Assembly: GCA_951406725.2 (NCBI GenBank)
Contig: OX597836.1
Span: forward strand, 36,828,001 to 36,892,000
Source of the DNA: Octopus vulgaris
Lineage: Eukaryota
Length of the DNA: 64,000 nucleotides
Direction of reading: 5' to 3'
In this document: piece after piece, positions 24,911 to 39,358 of the stretch
How positions within the stretch are numbered: the first letter of the stretch is position 1
How the letters are laid out: the number at the start of each line of letters is the position of its first letter
The notes under the pieces: model-generated
Seen by the model: the letters and a program-made list of their open reading frames with translations, nothing else
What the model was told of the DNA's origin: nothing
Database searches by the model: none
Position numbers and translations under genes: made by a program

Positions 24911-24918
24911 AAATTTAT

Positions 24919-24989
<71 letters not shown>

Positions 24990-24994
<5 letters not shown>

Positions 24995-25380
24995 GAAAAA
25001 AGACACCTTTTGTCAATTCAAAATGAACAACTAAATTACACCTACAAAATTAAAACTAAAATAACAATAAGATGTCAAAGATTAAGTAAATTGCAAAAAG
25101 TAATTATTAAAACGTATATAAGAGTTTTTTCTACCAATTATATTCGTTTTTATTAATATTATTTTTTGCAATTTACTTTGACATTTTATTGTTATCTTAA
25201 TTTTGATTTTTCTATTATATGTAATTTTCTAGATGGTGTAATTTAATTGTTCATTTTGAATTGATAAAAAGTGTTTTTTTCTAATTTTTTATGTATATAT
25301 TATATTGTGTGAAATTTGATTTAGTATTTCTAAATTGAATTTTTTCCTTGTAAGTTTGGATTTTATTCCCTCAAATAATA
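24990..25380 (+). mobile_element. (TA)n-embedded asymmetric fold-back element (inverted homolog of 11139-11580)
   Basis: Arms ~24990-25120 / 25140-25285; tail ends TGTAAGTTTGGATTTTATTCCC. Confidence 0.82.
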
Positions 25381-25487
25381 AATATATATATGAACATATA
25401 TATATATATATTAATAAATAAAACATATGCATATATATGTACATATATGTACGTACCTACCTCTACATGTATATATACACGCATATA

Positions 25488-25880
25488 TGAGTACAGGACA
25501 CCAAAAAAAAAAACGTCGAACACAATGAGAAACGAAAACATAGACACAAACACAAGGAACTGGATATTTTTCTTAAACAACAAAAAAAGAGTACAGGACA
25601 AATAACACAGGGAAAAAAAACCCTTCTTCAGTCGCCATGGTTTCATCTACTCTACGTTTCGAAGGTGAAGGCGAGGCGTATCTTCGATAAGAAACTTTCC
25701 TTCCTGCGAAAAGCAAATCAAATAAAATTTGACATCTTTTTGCAAAGGGGTAAAATGGTAACAAAACCAGGACAGTAACGACAGTACAAAATATAAGCAG
25801 TAAAAGACTGGACAAGGAAAATAACAAGACAAGAAGGGCTGTTAACGCCGAAAGAAAAAAGGCATGTAATTTATTTATCA
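25488..25880 (-). mobile_element. Penelope-like element 3' end (pLTR-like), homologous to 61195-61426
   Basis: The reverse complement aligns over ~240 bp with the end of the PLE relic (GCAGGAAGGA...CCTTCGAAAC...CTGA(A/T)GAAGGG...GGTGTCCTGTACTC) and abuts a TA-rich repeat. Confidence 0.75.
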
Positions 25881-26151
25881 ATAACACACAAATATTCACA
25901 TTCCTGTAAGTATGAAAATTTAACTTCGTCAGGTTTTAAACTTAAGACGTATGTGTCCGGAAAACATTTTAAAGACATTAATTAAAACGATAAATAATCC
26001 GGTGATTCTACTCACAGAATGTGAAAATTTTCATGGTAGATTATTTTCGAAATTGTACGACAGACAGTGAGATGTATGTATGTATGTATATATGCATGTA
26101 TGTATGCATGCATGCATACATATGCGCACACACACATACACGCGCATACGT

Positions 26152-26245
<94 letters not shown>

Positions 26246-28001
26246 ATTTATATAAGTATATGTATAAATCATTCACATCTTCAAGGACAAATTTTAGTCA
26301 CTCGTGGGCGAGTTTTTGGCTTCATAACTAACTTAGTTCTAAACCAAACTGAATGCGTTTTGTTTAGGGATGATTGTCAAGTATTAAAACACATTTGGAA
26401 ATACAATGATTGTAATTTTGTTTACTAGGAAAAAGGTTAGGTTAAAGTAAGAGGTCTAAAATGGGAGAGTAAGGCGAAATTTGACTTTGAATCAAAATAT
26501 CTGCTATTTTTAAAGAAAAGTATTCATTAACTTGATTCATGAGAATGTATTCACTGGGGAAAATCTTATGGGGAAAATCTCGTTTGTAAAACATAATAAC
26601 TACAAAAAATATAGAGAGTCAAAAGTAATGCTAAGTAACGACCAGAACTCAATTTGAAAATTATTTCAGCTCTTGTAAACGAATCCTATACAATAGCTGT
26701 GATCAACTGAAACAGAAACATAAGTGGAATATTGTGAAACTGTCGTCAAAAAATGTTAGCTATTAAAAGTGGTGTGAAGCAATGTGACGAAAAAGTAGGT
26801 GATCATTTTGACAAATTAAAATGTTTTTGTCATTTTAAGATATTTAGTGTTATAAAATATATTATCCGATATCAACGATCATTTAGCTAAATGTTACATC
26901 ATACTAAGCCAAAATTTGTGTGGTTCAGATTTCGATTCTCTGTTAGACTTACTGGCTACATTATATTTCTTCCTTTCTGTAATGGTATTTAACCGGTTTT
27001 CTAAGCTGTTTTCACAACTATCCTGCTTTCGGGATTTTTCACTAAAATGTCAATGTTTGCTTGTAAAAGTATATATATTCAAATTATCAAAAGGAGCCTA
27101 TTGTGTGTAAATGATATTGTTGTTGTGAGTGAACACTTTTTATCACTAATTACATGCTATAATGAATAGAGTTTTTTTGTTCAAAACAAAACCCAATCCA
27201 GTTTGTGGAAACATCACATTAGTTTTGGAGAAGAGAGTATCACCAAAGAAGATCTCCTTCTGCCACATAAGAACATTTGGATGGATGAAGAACCGATTTC
27301 TGATGAATTTTCTGCAGGAAGAACTTCAATAATTTATATAACAATATATTGCTTGCAGATTGCCATGTTCAGTTGAGGCTAGAGCCTCACTCTTTACAAT
27401 TTGGTCAGTCGTTTTCAAACGCATTCATGCAGCAAAAATTTCTGAAGTATTCATGAAAAAGGTAAAAGCATAAAAAAATGTTTATTTGGCTTCTCTAAAG
27501 CTGAAAGAAGCTTCATTGCTGCAGAAAGTGTCAACTTAAGAAGAGATGGAAAAGGTGTTAAAAAAGCTTTGTCAACTTCAAAGACCATCTCAAGAAGTTA
27601 CCAATGATTACATTCTTTTCTGATTCTAATACGGTAGGCAAATGATGACTGTGAGAATATTGGACAAAACAAAATGATATTGACCAGATACACAACTAGC
27701 TACCAAACAAAAGCTGATGTAAATAAAGCTGAATGCGTTTGGCAAAATTTGGATGAAAACAAGTTTCGGAAATTATTCATCAAATGATGTATACACTTTG
27801 TTATTTTTTCTCATTTTTTTCCTACATTTAATAGCAGATTTGTGAAATATAAGTTAATATTTTTTATTTAAAATTTTTTTGTATTTAACTGAAATATTAG
27901 TCTTAATTTTCGCATTAGTAGAATTGAAAACATAACGGTAACTATAATTTATTATAATAATAGAAACGTTACCTAAGGAGAAAGTAAAGTAAAATTTTAA
28001 A

Positions 28002-28402
28002 TGCGGGCGCAGACTGCTAGAATATTCCTAAGTACTGAATCTGGAAAAGTACAGGGCAAACTGTAATTAAACCTGGAAAAATACAGGAGAGGAAGGTAAA
28101 AAAATGCACAAAATATTGCTGATGATGATGTTAGGATATGAAAACTTAAATGGTAATAAATATATTTTCATATTTTTTTATTTTTATGATATCTATGATT
28201 TAAAATACTTGGAAAATGAATTTAGTTAAGAAAATAAAATTTATAAAACAATACAATACAAAAAATAAAAGAAATTCTAACTTCAGCACCAGTATTTTAA
28301 GTTTTATTTTGTTGTTGCCACGTATGTATCTGGATTTAATTACCGCTCGCCCTGAATTTTCCAGGTGCAATACTTAAGAATATTCTAGCACGTACGCCCG
28401 TA
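28002..28402. mobile_element. MITE with ~80-bp imperfect TIRs
   Basis: CGGGCG....TGCTAGAATATTC.TAAGTA.TG...CTGGAAAA at the left end is inverted at 28325-28402. Confidence 0.78.
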
Positions 28403-28764
28403 TTTTTTATTATATATATATATATATATATGCGGGCGTGTTTAAGATGGTCTTCCACACAATTTTCGGCTACCAAAATCTCGCACAGAGCAATTGTCTA
28501 GCAGGGGTTAAAGCACAAGACACTTTCCCAAAGTGTCATATAGTGTGATCGAACCTGTAACCACGTTGGTTTCATATATAGCTTCTTAATCACAGAAACA
28601 TCTCATTTTGTTTTCATTTGTCTTGTTTTGTATCCGTTATTACACTGCGACCATGCTGTGGCACCACCTCGATGGGTTTTTTTAATGTTGTTCCGTCTTC
28701 GGTCGACTCCGATTGAACATATTTATATTTAAAATCAATGCCGTTAGTTTTTATTTTTTTATTT

Positions 28765-29058
28765 ATGCGCCCTTTTCAAGCTTAGCCAGACTCATGTGCC
28801 CGGTTTCCCTGTTTCTGTGGCGTATGTGTTCTCCCCAGCTGGACGGGACGCCAGTCCATCGCAAGAAACAGGAAGAAAGAATGAGAGAAAGTTGAGGCGA
28901 AAGAGTACAACAGATGTCGCCAGCACCCCCTGCCGGACCCTCGTAGAGCTTTAGGTGCTCTCGCTCAATAAACACACACAACGCCCGGTCTAGGAATCGA
29001 AACCGCGATCCTCCGACCGTGAGTTCGCTGCCCTAACCACTGGGCCATTGCGCCTCCT
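28765..29058 (-). mobile_element. SINE family A
   Basis: Reverse head GAGGCGCAATGGCCCAGTGGTTAGGGCAGCG. Confidence 0.9.
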
Positions 29059-29905
29059 CGTTAGTTTTCTTTCTGTACTGTACAACTACAATATCTAATA
29101 TTCTCACTTCTTCATACCGTAAGATGTAACTTGAATTTGATATCACTGCTATATTTAGCAGTTCTATCGACCAGGATCAGATTTACCTCTTGGCTAGTAT
29201 TAAAAAAACACGGACAATTGTCAAGTTGAGGCTTGATGGTAACACGTGATCAGGATTTATCGTTACCGTTTGACCTTAGGGCCTATTTAATACCGAGATT
29301 TGATGTGTCAAATATACTAATACAAATGCTTATTGGCCATTTATTATTTTGAAAACTATCCGACATATTCTCTCGAGGACTTTGTAATACTAATGCGAAG
29401 GTACAGCCACATACTATGATGATTTAATATGTTTCTTGCGGTAAGATCTTTTTTATAACAACTGATATTGTGATGAAAGTGTTTACAAGCCATTTCTTAC
29501 TAATACACTAAAATACCTCCGGAAAACTGCTTTATCTTAATCTAGAAATGATCAAAATACGGAATAAATCTCTTAACTAAAATGGCAACTTTCAGTAAAC
29601 AACTTCGCTTTTTCTTCGTTCAAATATGTACTTTTTCGATGTTTACTTCATTTTACATTTCCTTTCAAGAAGATTTAGATAAAATAAATAAATATGCAGA
29701 TATATGAATAAATTACCTGGAGACAAAATGATCGAGAGTTGATAGGAAAGAAATATATAATAATTTGAGAGGTGAAGAAGTTTTTCAAAACCTAAAATTG
29801 AAACATATGACTGTAGGCCTATATTACACGAACATAACCATATGCTTACATACATGCGCACACACACATACATACACACAAATGCACACACCATATATCT
29901 ATATA

Positions 29906-30678
29906 CAGTAATGCCTCGATATACGAGCTAATTTATTAGCAGAGATTGCTCAAAAAGCGAAAACTCGTAAATTAGAGCAATAATTTCCCATAATAGCAAT
30001 GTTATAAATCGTAATTCGTTCCAAGAAAAATATTTTACCTGTAAAATTTATAATCCTCATAAATAGGTTGTAATAAAATGTAAAGAATATAAATGATAAT
30101 AGAATGTAAAAAATTACGGAGATTCACTTGCATAATCTGAGATCTAATCTGAGATCGTGTGTGGGAACGTGCAGCACGAAGTTTTGACAGTGAACAGGTC
30201 GCGGTCTCAAGGCGACGAAAATATTTTGACAAATTAAATTTAAATGTTGAAGTGAATCTAACGGATTTTGTGTGTTTCTTAAATGGCTTATAAACACCTT
30301 CCACGCTGCAATGTAAAAAATATTTTGTGTAAAGTAAAAAGAATGTCAGATTCATTTATGGTTAAAAAAAATATCATCATTATAATCGTTTCCTGAATCA
30401 CTTTCGCTCGCACTAGATTTTCGGACACCATCACTTGTACACGCGATCGGTGATTCACAAGCACTCGTAGATAGACTCGTAGATTTCCTTTTAAAAATCG
30501 AGTCTAGAGTTCTTTGCTTAGAAGAACCTATTTCTCGCTCTATAAATTTCTCGGTCGCACGCAGAAGTTTTTGCTATGGTAGTATGAACTATTGTACTTT
30601 GTTCAAAATTTTGAAAAATATAACTAGTAACACACTTGTTTTCATAACGCGAGTTCTCGTAAAGTGAGGTATTTAGTA
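29906..30678. mobile_element. pogo/Tigger-like non-autonomous element with a nested insertion
   Basis: TA|CAGTAATGCCTCGATATACGAG left end; CTCGTAAAGTGAGGTATT right end. Confidence 0.6.
30037..30315 (+). mobile_element. Short retroposed insertion with 11-bp TSD (pLTR-like)
   Basis: AAAAATATTTT duplicated at 30026-30036 and 30316-30326; internal GTCGC...GCGAC-GAAA stem. Confidence 0.6.
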
Positions 30679-31149
30679 ACACTTTCCTTCAGCTCCGTGT
30701 TACTTAAACTTTCGTAGTCTTCTCAATGAGCCTCTCTTGTAAGGCCTGTAGAGACTGAACGAGACGCGTTGAAGATGGCCTAAGAATGTTCGTCAGTCAC
30801 TTTTGAACGCAGAGTACATTTACCACAATATAACACATAATATTACAAATTACTTAATAGATTATTCGAAATATGTTAGATTTAGAGCTGCATTCATGTA
30901 TATGTCAAGTATGAAAGAAACTTAAGAAACACAGAATTTATAGCAAGCAATGTTAATTCTGCTTTAGGGCCTACATTGAATATATTTACAGAAAATTATG
31001 CTTAAACTCACACATCTATCTATGCTTATAATCACATGTCTATGAAAAGTTTCTTAAACTCACACAACTGTCTAAGCTTATACTTACACGTCTATGAAAA
31101 GTTTCTGGTTTTAAGGATGTTATGAAAGGTCGGGCTTGAGCACAACATT

Positions 31150-31293
31150 CCGAGGTCTTTTACAGGGCTTAGAAAAGCTGAACCATCGTTGCAGTGTGTG
31201 AATCTGAGAGGGGAATATGTTGAATAAAATCATAACAGATCTTCCTGTATTTTCTCTTACCCAAGACCAAGAACTTTTCAGTCCCCTCTCGTA
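31150..31293 (+). mobile_element. Mariner 3' end fragment
   Basis: GLEKLNHR...CVNLRGEYVE* followed by a TIR ending CCCCTCTCG|TA. Confidence 0.7.
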
Positions 31294-31417
31294 TGTAGGT
31301 AACTGTCAAAGGATAAATAAATACAGTAACATCCACCCTTAGTGGTTAGCCACATTTAGGTGGCAAATATACTTCATATTGTCGTGCAGTTACTGTTTAT
31401 ACCTCGTTCAGAGATAA

Positions 31418-31516
<99 letters not shown>

Positions 31517-32754
31517 CGTATTTTTTCCATAATAGAAATTTCTGTGACATAATAGAAATATAGAAGTTTTGCATTAAAAGCTTGCACGAATTAAAATTCA
31601 AAAAATCGTTTTTTGAATCAATGTCTTTACATTATATATTTTTTGAAACAGCTAAGCTTTAAGAGTGAGAGTATTTTAACATATTTATCTATAGATTATC
31701 AATGTAGATTACATATGAATAAGTATAGCTGTATGCTATAAAGCCACTTAATATAATTCTATTTTTACCATTACATAAACAATTCGATTTCCTCTTACGA
31801 TTCTTATGAATAACAATTTTCTGTGAAACAGTAAGTTAAATCCGATTTTTTTTTTGCAGCTAATAAAAATATCGATAGCGCCACAGCTAAAAACTCTATG
31901 CATATGAATCAAGTAAATAAACGAATATACTTTTTAATGTTATATTTTGATGTAAAATCTCTCTTAATTACAATGTGTAAGTACATGTGTTAACAACTAA
32001 ATATATTTAAGCTATATCATTATAATGGCCATTACATTATCTATTCAAGCAAACAGCCAACGTGATATGATATAAGTTATATGATAATTTAAAACTAATT
32101 TTAAGCAGAAAAATAAACGCTCTTATTTGTAGCAATTACAAATAGAAAATTTTAAATACTACATATCAGGGCCTCTGTAACCATAATGATACAAACATAT
32201 AACTGAGTGTGTTTCGAAAACGATACATAAATATTCGTTATGTAAGATGCATAAAATTATCGCTAGAAAGAGTTTTCTCATCGTGATGTGTAAAAATTAA
32301 TAGGAAAATAATTATTGATTTGAGCTTCTCAGTTAACATGTTATTTTGTGCTTGATATAAAATGGTATTTTTGTAAGATATTTTCCGATTTGGTGATTAT
32401 TACTAAATAGAATAATGTAGTAACTTAATCCCCTCCAACTGTAGATTATTTGCAAATGCATTTCTTCTATATATGTGTGTGTGTGTGTTTGTATGTGTGT
32501 ACGTTCAAATGTATCATAAACATACGATATATAAATGTCAGTTCATTGCAGCTGTTTCTTAAATATACACACGGTTGGTATTCTTTGTGTACACAACCGA
32601 AATATCCTACCAGATATTTCGACTCTAAGCAACCATAAGCCGGAACCACAGTGATTATCCAACCCTACCTAGTGCTTACCTTTTCAAGTACCATAATCTA
32701 TCTGAACCTTCATCTTGTGATATATACATAAGTATATATATATATATATATATA

Positions 32755-32844
32755 TGTGATATATATGCAAAAGCATACAAACATGCGTGCATACATAAAC
32801 ACATGCATATACGTACATATATATACATACATACTCACACACAC

Positions 32845-32887
<43 letters not shown>

Positions 32888-32972
32888 TTTATATATGCAA
32901 AAGCATACATACATGCGTGCATACATAAACACATGCATATACATACATATATACATACATGCTGACACACAC

Positions 32973-33011
<39 letters not shown>

Positions 33012-33103
33012 GATTTTATATATGCAAAAGCATACATACATGCGTGCATACATAAACACATGCATATACGTACATATATACATACATACATACTCACACA
33101 CAC

Positions 33104-33156
<53 letters not shown>

Positions 33157-33170
33157 GATTTTATATATGG
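32755..33170. repeat. ~128-bp tandem repeat (~3.2 copies) built from microsatellite-like blocks
   Basis: TGAT..TATATGCAAAAGCATAC...ACACGTA(TA)n at 32757, 32884, 33011 and 33156. Confidence 0.9.
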
Positions 33171-33876
33171 CTAAGTACAACGAAGATAGTTAAATATGCA
33201 ACGTCTTCATTTCTGAGGTTTAAGGATCTGCAGCGCAGAATTGCAGTCAGCGCTACTTGTTAAAAAGGAAGGCAATATTGGCAGTAGCGTGGGGCTAACT
33301 CTGATGCATGGAGTAATGCACATGTGCCAGTACGTGGTTGCTATTTTCATTGTATGTGGATGTATTAATATGTATAGGATTGTGTATGCGTTCTGTGAAA
33401 TATGTGTGCATATGTGTGGTGTCGTGTAGTGGGATGAACGTGGGGAGAGAGAATGTAGTTTAGTAGGAATGGGTTTTATGTGATCAATCTTTATAGCTAA
33501 AGGAATGGAGCAGCCATGGATAAAGACAAAGACTGGCATATTTTGATGACGAGGTGCAGACATTTGTAGCGTCAAAATAATACCACAAACTCGAGAGATG
33601 AGAAATTGTGTGAATCTCAAAGCGCACCAAACTTGTGATGTGTATATGTGGTAGAATTACAATGTTGCAAGGAAATTTATACGAATAAGTTTACGTAAGT
33701 ATTAACAATTCCAATAGACAGCCACACACTGTCCACACATAGGTACGCACATGCATACATATGCGGGAACAAAGGCAAGCACACAAGAACGCACACGCGC
33801 AGACATACACATAGACGCTTACTTATTAGTGGTTCGGCAAAAAAGAACTATTGAATAAGTATTACTAAATATATAT

Positions 33877-34695
<819 letters not shown>

Positions 34696-35057
34696 TACAT
34701 ATATGTATATATAAATACGCACTGGGATTAATTTGTTCGGTTGTTGAATTCAAGAAGGAGACCCAACATGGCCGCAGATCGACTACTAAAACAAATAAAA
34801 TATATTATGTAAAGATGGACGAAAAACCACTAAGCAATTAAGCATTTTTGGTCAGCATGCTAATGATTCCTCCACGTCGTTTATAATATAAAGTCATATT
34901 TATCTGTAACTAAAGATCAATTTATCGTTATATGTATATATTCCCACAAGAACACACACACACACAAACACACACACAAACACATACATATGCAGTTACA
35001 CACACTACACTAGCACATATGTACAAGTGTGCAAATGTATGTGTAAGTTTGTTTTCA

Positions 35058-35093
<36 letters not shown>

Positions 35094-35168
35094 TTTCACT
35101 GTTTTTGTCACTTGATAAATATGATCTTGTGTACGAGTACATGTTGTTTATAAAATTCTATTCGCAAT

Positions 35169-35200
<32 letters not shown>

Positions 35201-35203
<3 letters not shown>

Positions 35204-35606
35204 AAGAGGGTAGTAATAATTAGTTACTACCCTGGTAGTAACTAATTATTACTACCCTCTTGTTTATATTCGCATATTACTTGATGGATTTATTCGTAAA
35301 ATTCTTCCCGGCATGCCCTATACTGCCGTGTAAGTTTTGCGTCTGCGCAGAGATTTGAAAAGTTAAGATCTGCTAGTAGTCGAGATCAACACATGGTCTC
35401 ACATCGTCTGCAGACCTCGATTCAATTTAGGCGACTCGTTGATGAAGCCAGCCTTAGCAAACATATTCTGTGTTTTGCTAGAAAGAGGCAGAAACTGATC
35501 AGTCCGAGGTGTAAAGTTATCGGTAAACGTTTTTGATTTTCACTCTCGATAAATTCATCTCCCTTTTGTGTTCCCAGTACTCGGCATCCTAATTTAAGAG
35601 CCCTTA

Positions 35607-35610
<4 letters not shown>
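35201..35610 (+). mobile_element. (TA)n-embedded element with a 5' perfect hairpin and an internal hammerhead motif
   Basis: Hairpin 35197-35268; ribozyme motif 35435-35508; (TA)n on both sides. Confidence 0.75.
35435..35508 (+). ncRNA. Minimal type I hammerhead ribozyme (U3 variant)
   Basis: Stem I CUCG/CGAG; core UUGAUGA; extended stem II (GCCU/AGGC, UAGCAAA/UUUGCUA); GAAAC-UGAUCA-GUC. Confidence 0.68.
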
Positions 35611-35662
<52 letters not shown>

Positions 35663-36704
35663 GGAAAGAATTCTTACACCCATGTATATTAAAATTTGCT
35701 TTCAGTTTAGCATCCTGGCGTAATATTTTTTCCTTTCCTATCCTTTCTCCACGTGCGGTTAACACAACCCCCACCATTTACTGACTTATATATATACATC
35801 TATACATAAGAGAAAAATATATGGTTTCTAATTTTCTTTCCGTTTATTTTAGTTACTTTTCTAGATTTGTTTTTCCGTTTTCTTTTCCTTCTGTTTCTTC
35901 CTCTTCTTTTGCCTGATTCCATAGCTGAGAATTGAGAATTTAGAATCGATGAAATGAAATTATGCGATAATCTCTTGACGTTTCTTGGACTGGAAATATG
36001 TCATTACAGCGTTTTCCTGGCAGCATCACATGTACTTCTTAACAATTCATTCATTTTATGATGATCCCGTGGTTCTGTGTTTCATTCCATTATTACGGCA
36101 CATTTAACATGTGTTGACTAATGCCTTTTGAAGGAATTACTGTAGAGAATGTGTGTGTTTATAAATGCGTGAATGAGTGTGTTTGTGTGTATGTTTTTAT
36201 GGGTATGAGTGAATGTCCTCGATGTTAATAGCATATGTCGTCGATGTAAATAGCATATGTCCTCGATTTAAGCAGCGCGTGTTTTCGTTGTAAGGTATAA
36301 AGGGAAGCGAGAAAACCAGTGAACTGGAAATTATGATCAGATCCACTTTGTGATTTGCTTCGTTGCGTTGTGCTGGCAAATTTCATGTCATTGATGCCCT
36401 TGTAAAATTAAATGCAGCAACTACTGTTTACAAAATACGACCATAAAAATAAAGAGAAACCTAAGAAATTTAGTAATTTGTGTTTTGGAAAATACTTGTG
36501 CAGCGTTATATCAAAAACCCACGTCGTTCATCGTTATTCAAATTCGACAGTTTACGTATTCTGCTATTCCATCGCTGTAACTATTCTTCTGCTTCACTGC
36601 CTTTGTTGTGGGTAAAATACAGAGGTTTCATTATGATATTCTAATTGTTGCACACAATGCTACAAATATTAGTGTTGCAATCGTACCATTTTACAATTGC
36701 TGAT

Positions 36705-36706
<2 letters not shown>

Positions 36707-36798
<92 letters not shown>

Positions 36799-36813
36799 TA
36801 TCATTATTATTAT
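36707..36813. repeat. (ATT)n microsatellite
   Basis: Seen directly in the sequence. Confidence 0.97.
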
Positions 36814-37600
36814 TGAGTGAGAGAGCAGTGCATGCCATCAAAGTTGACACTGGGGTAAAATACACGAAGCCCAGTATACCTATTTCTTTATTAATCACAA
36901 GGGGCTAAACATAGAGGGGACAAACAAGGACAGACATAGGTATTAAGTCGATTACATTGACCCCAATGCGTAACTGGTATTTAACTGATCGACCCCGAAA
37001 GGATGAAAGGCAAAGTCGACCTCGGCGGAATTTGAACTCACAACGTAACGACAGACGAAATACGGCTACGCATTTCGCCCGGCGTGCTAACGATTCTGCC
37101 AGCTCGCCGCCTTCATGACTACCCGTCTCATAAGTGTACACCAGGCACATGCATCACAAACATATGTGCACGACATGGTGATCTCATATCAAGATAAACA
37201 GCACATGACCTTGCAGGTGGAGCCCAGTTAGAATTTTCTTCAGATCGAGTAACCCATCCCGCTCAAAAGGTCCCTGAATAAGGGTTGTTTAAGGACGTTG
37301 AACGAAACACCCATGTTTCCAGAGGTGAATTACTCAAACCCCCAAAGAATCCTTCTCAACACATGGCTATGATGCTCCCCCAGTACTTCTGCTCGTGATC
37401 GGAGATGCACATATCGTCAGCCACTAAGGGAACATGCTCAACTGGTTAAGGTCAAACAACTGACAAGCAAATCTGTGGTATTGAGCAGAATATTTGCTGT
37501 AGCCCATCTTTTATACCAAGACAAAACAATGTACATGATAACACTTCCAATCAGTTAAGTTCAGAAGCCATAAGAGCCACTGCCTGGTACTGCATCAGGG

Positions 37601-37601
<1 letters not shown>
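36814..37601 (-). mobile_element. (TAA)n-embedded non-coding element (~555 bp without the nested SINE)
   Basis: Bounded exactly by (ATT)n on both sides. Its end TTGAGTGAGAGAGCAGTG.ATGCCATCAAAGT recurs at 37687-37727 after the next (ATT)n. Confidence 0.75.
36881..37113 (-). mobile_element. SINE family B nested in the (TAA)n element
   Basis: Full-length reverse copy. Confidence 0.9.
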
Positions 37602-37684
<83 letters not shown>

Positions 37685-37858
37685 CATTGAGTGAGAGAGC
37701 AGTGTATGCCATCAAAGTGACACTGGGAGTCTTGACCGACGGAGTGCAGCGACGAATATTACTGATTTGTAGCCTTCAGTTTTATGCTAAATACAACATT
37801 AGTTAATTGGGTAGATTCCATAAGCATACTACACACACACGTACACACACACACACAT

Positions 37859-37967
<109 letters not shown>

Positions 37968-38165
37968 GTTAATCCAAACATGTAAGCACAAAAAAAACAC
38001 AACAACGCGAGGACGTGGAACAAGTATAGGGAAGAAGGAAAGAAGGAGGGTTTAACGTTTCGAACGGAGCTCTTCTTCGGAAATATAGGAGAAGGAAAGA
38101 TCCAGAGAAAGGAAGGCAGAGGAAAAAAATCGCCAACGGTACACACGCTGTCACGTTTTACGGAT
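37968..38165 (-). mobile_element. (TA)n-abutting pLTR-like fragment
   Basis: Minus strand CCGAAGAAGAGCUCCGUUCGAAACGUU, a hammerhead-like variant. Confidence 0.5.
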
Positions 38166-38292
38166 GGATAGCCAGACCCATGCACACACACGGGCACGCA
38201 CACACATATACACACACATATATATTCAAATACATACATAAGTAAGCACTCTCGCATATGTAGATGGATACACACATTCACACACAGACACA

Positions 38293-38580
<288 letters not shown>

Positions 38581-39120
38581 AACGCATGCAGACACGCCCA
38601 TACACACACATATATTTAGGAAGTTAGACGTTATGGTTAGTCAGCGAGTAACCAGTGGTTTCGCACCTACAAAACGCGTAGAAGTATAATCGACTCCTCA
38701 GACTGAAACGGCGGAAGGCGCATAACCTCTTTACAACAGTGGAACAAATGCGTACGGTCAGTTGGTTTCATAAATTTAAAAAAGTATGCTGCAGGCGTCA
38801 CAATTTTATCGCCCTTGCATTAGTTTCGGCCGTAGTGATATTCGAAGGTACTGTGGCGGGTCGCTTCAACGAATGGGAAATCTTAAATCTGAAGTAGGAA
38901 ACGTTTAGATGGGGGCATTGACTGAATACTTTTTTCCTGGAGTGTAAAATTTCCCCCGGCTATTTGAATAAATGGGGGATTATAAAGATGGGAGCAAATG
39001 ATGTACTGTTGCTGATGCAATCGTCATATTGATCTTCCTCATTGTATTACTTACTGTAAGTAGTTGTGTTGTCGGTGATGAAACACATAGGCACGCATGC
39101 ATACACGCAGACACATTCAA

Positions 39121-39153
<33 letters not shown>

Positions 39154-39194
39154 CACATATATACATACATAAATACATATATATATATATATAT

Positions 39195-39358
39195 AAATTA
39201 CAAAATGGGAGAAGAACACAAACTATTCGGACAGCTTAGTTATACAAACATGGACAACAAAACATCCAGATAGACGATACAAAGAAAACAAGGACGGGTC
39301 ATTCGAAGCCCACTATCCTCAGTCAAGTACCAGATTATCCTCGCAATTTCGGCTGATT
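39195..39358 (-). mobile_element. (TA)n-embedded pLTR-like fragment
   Basis: Between TA runs; minus strand CUGAGGA-UAGUGGGCUUC-GAAU-GACCC-GUC, a degenerate hammerhead motif. Confidence 0.45.

Noticed and set aside
25630-25660. Minus-strand AUGAAACCAUGGCGACUGAAG considered as a SECIS element
   Set aside because: The helix is too short and the AUGA is not conserved in the homolog at 61270-61290.
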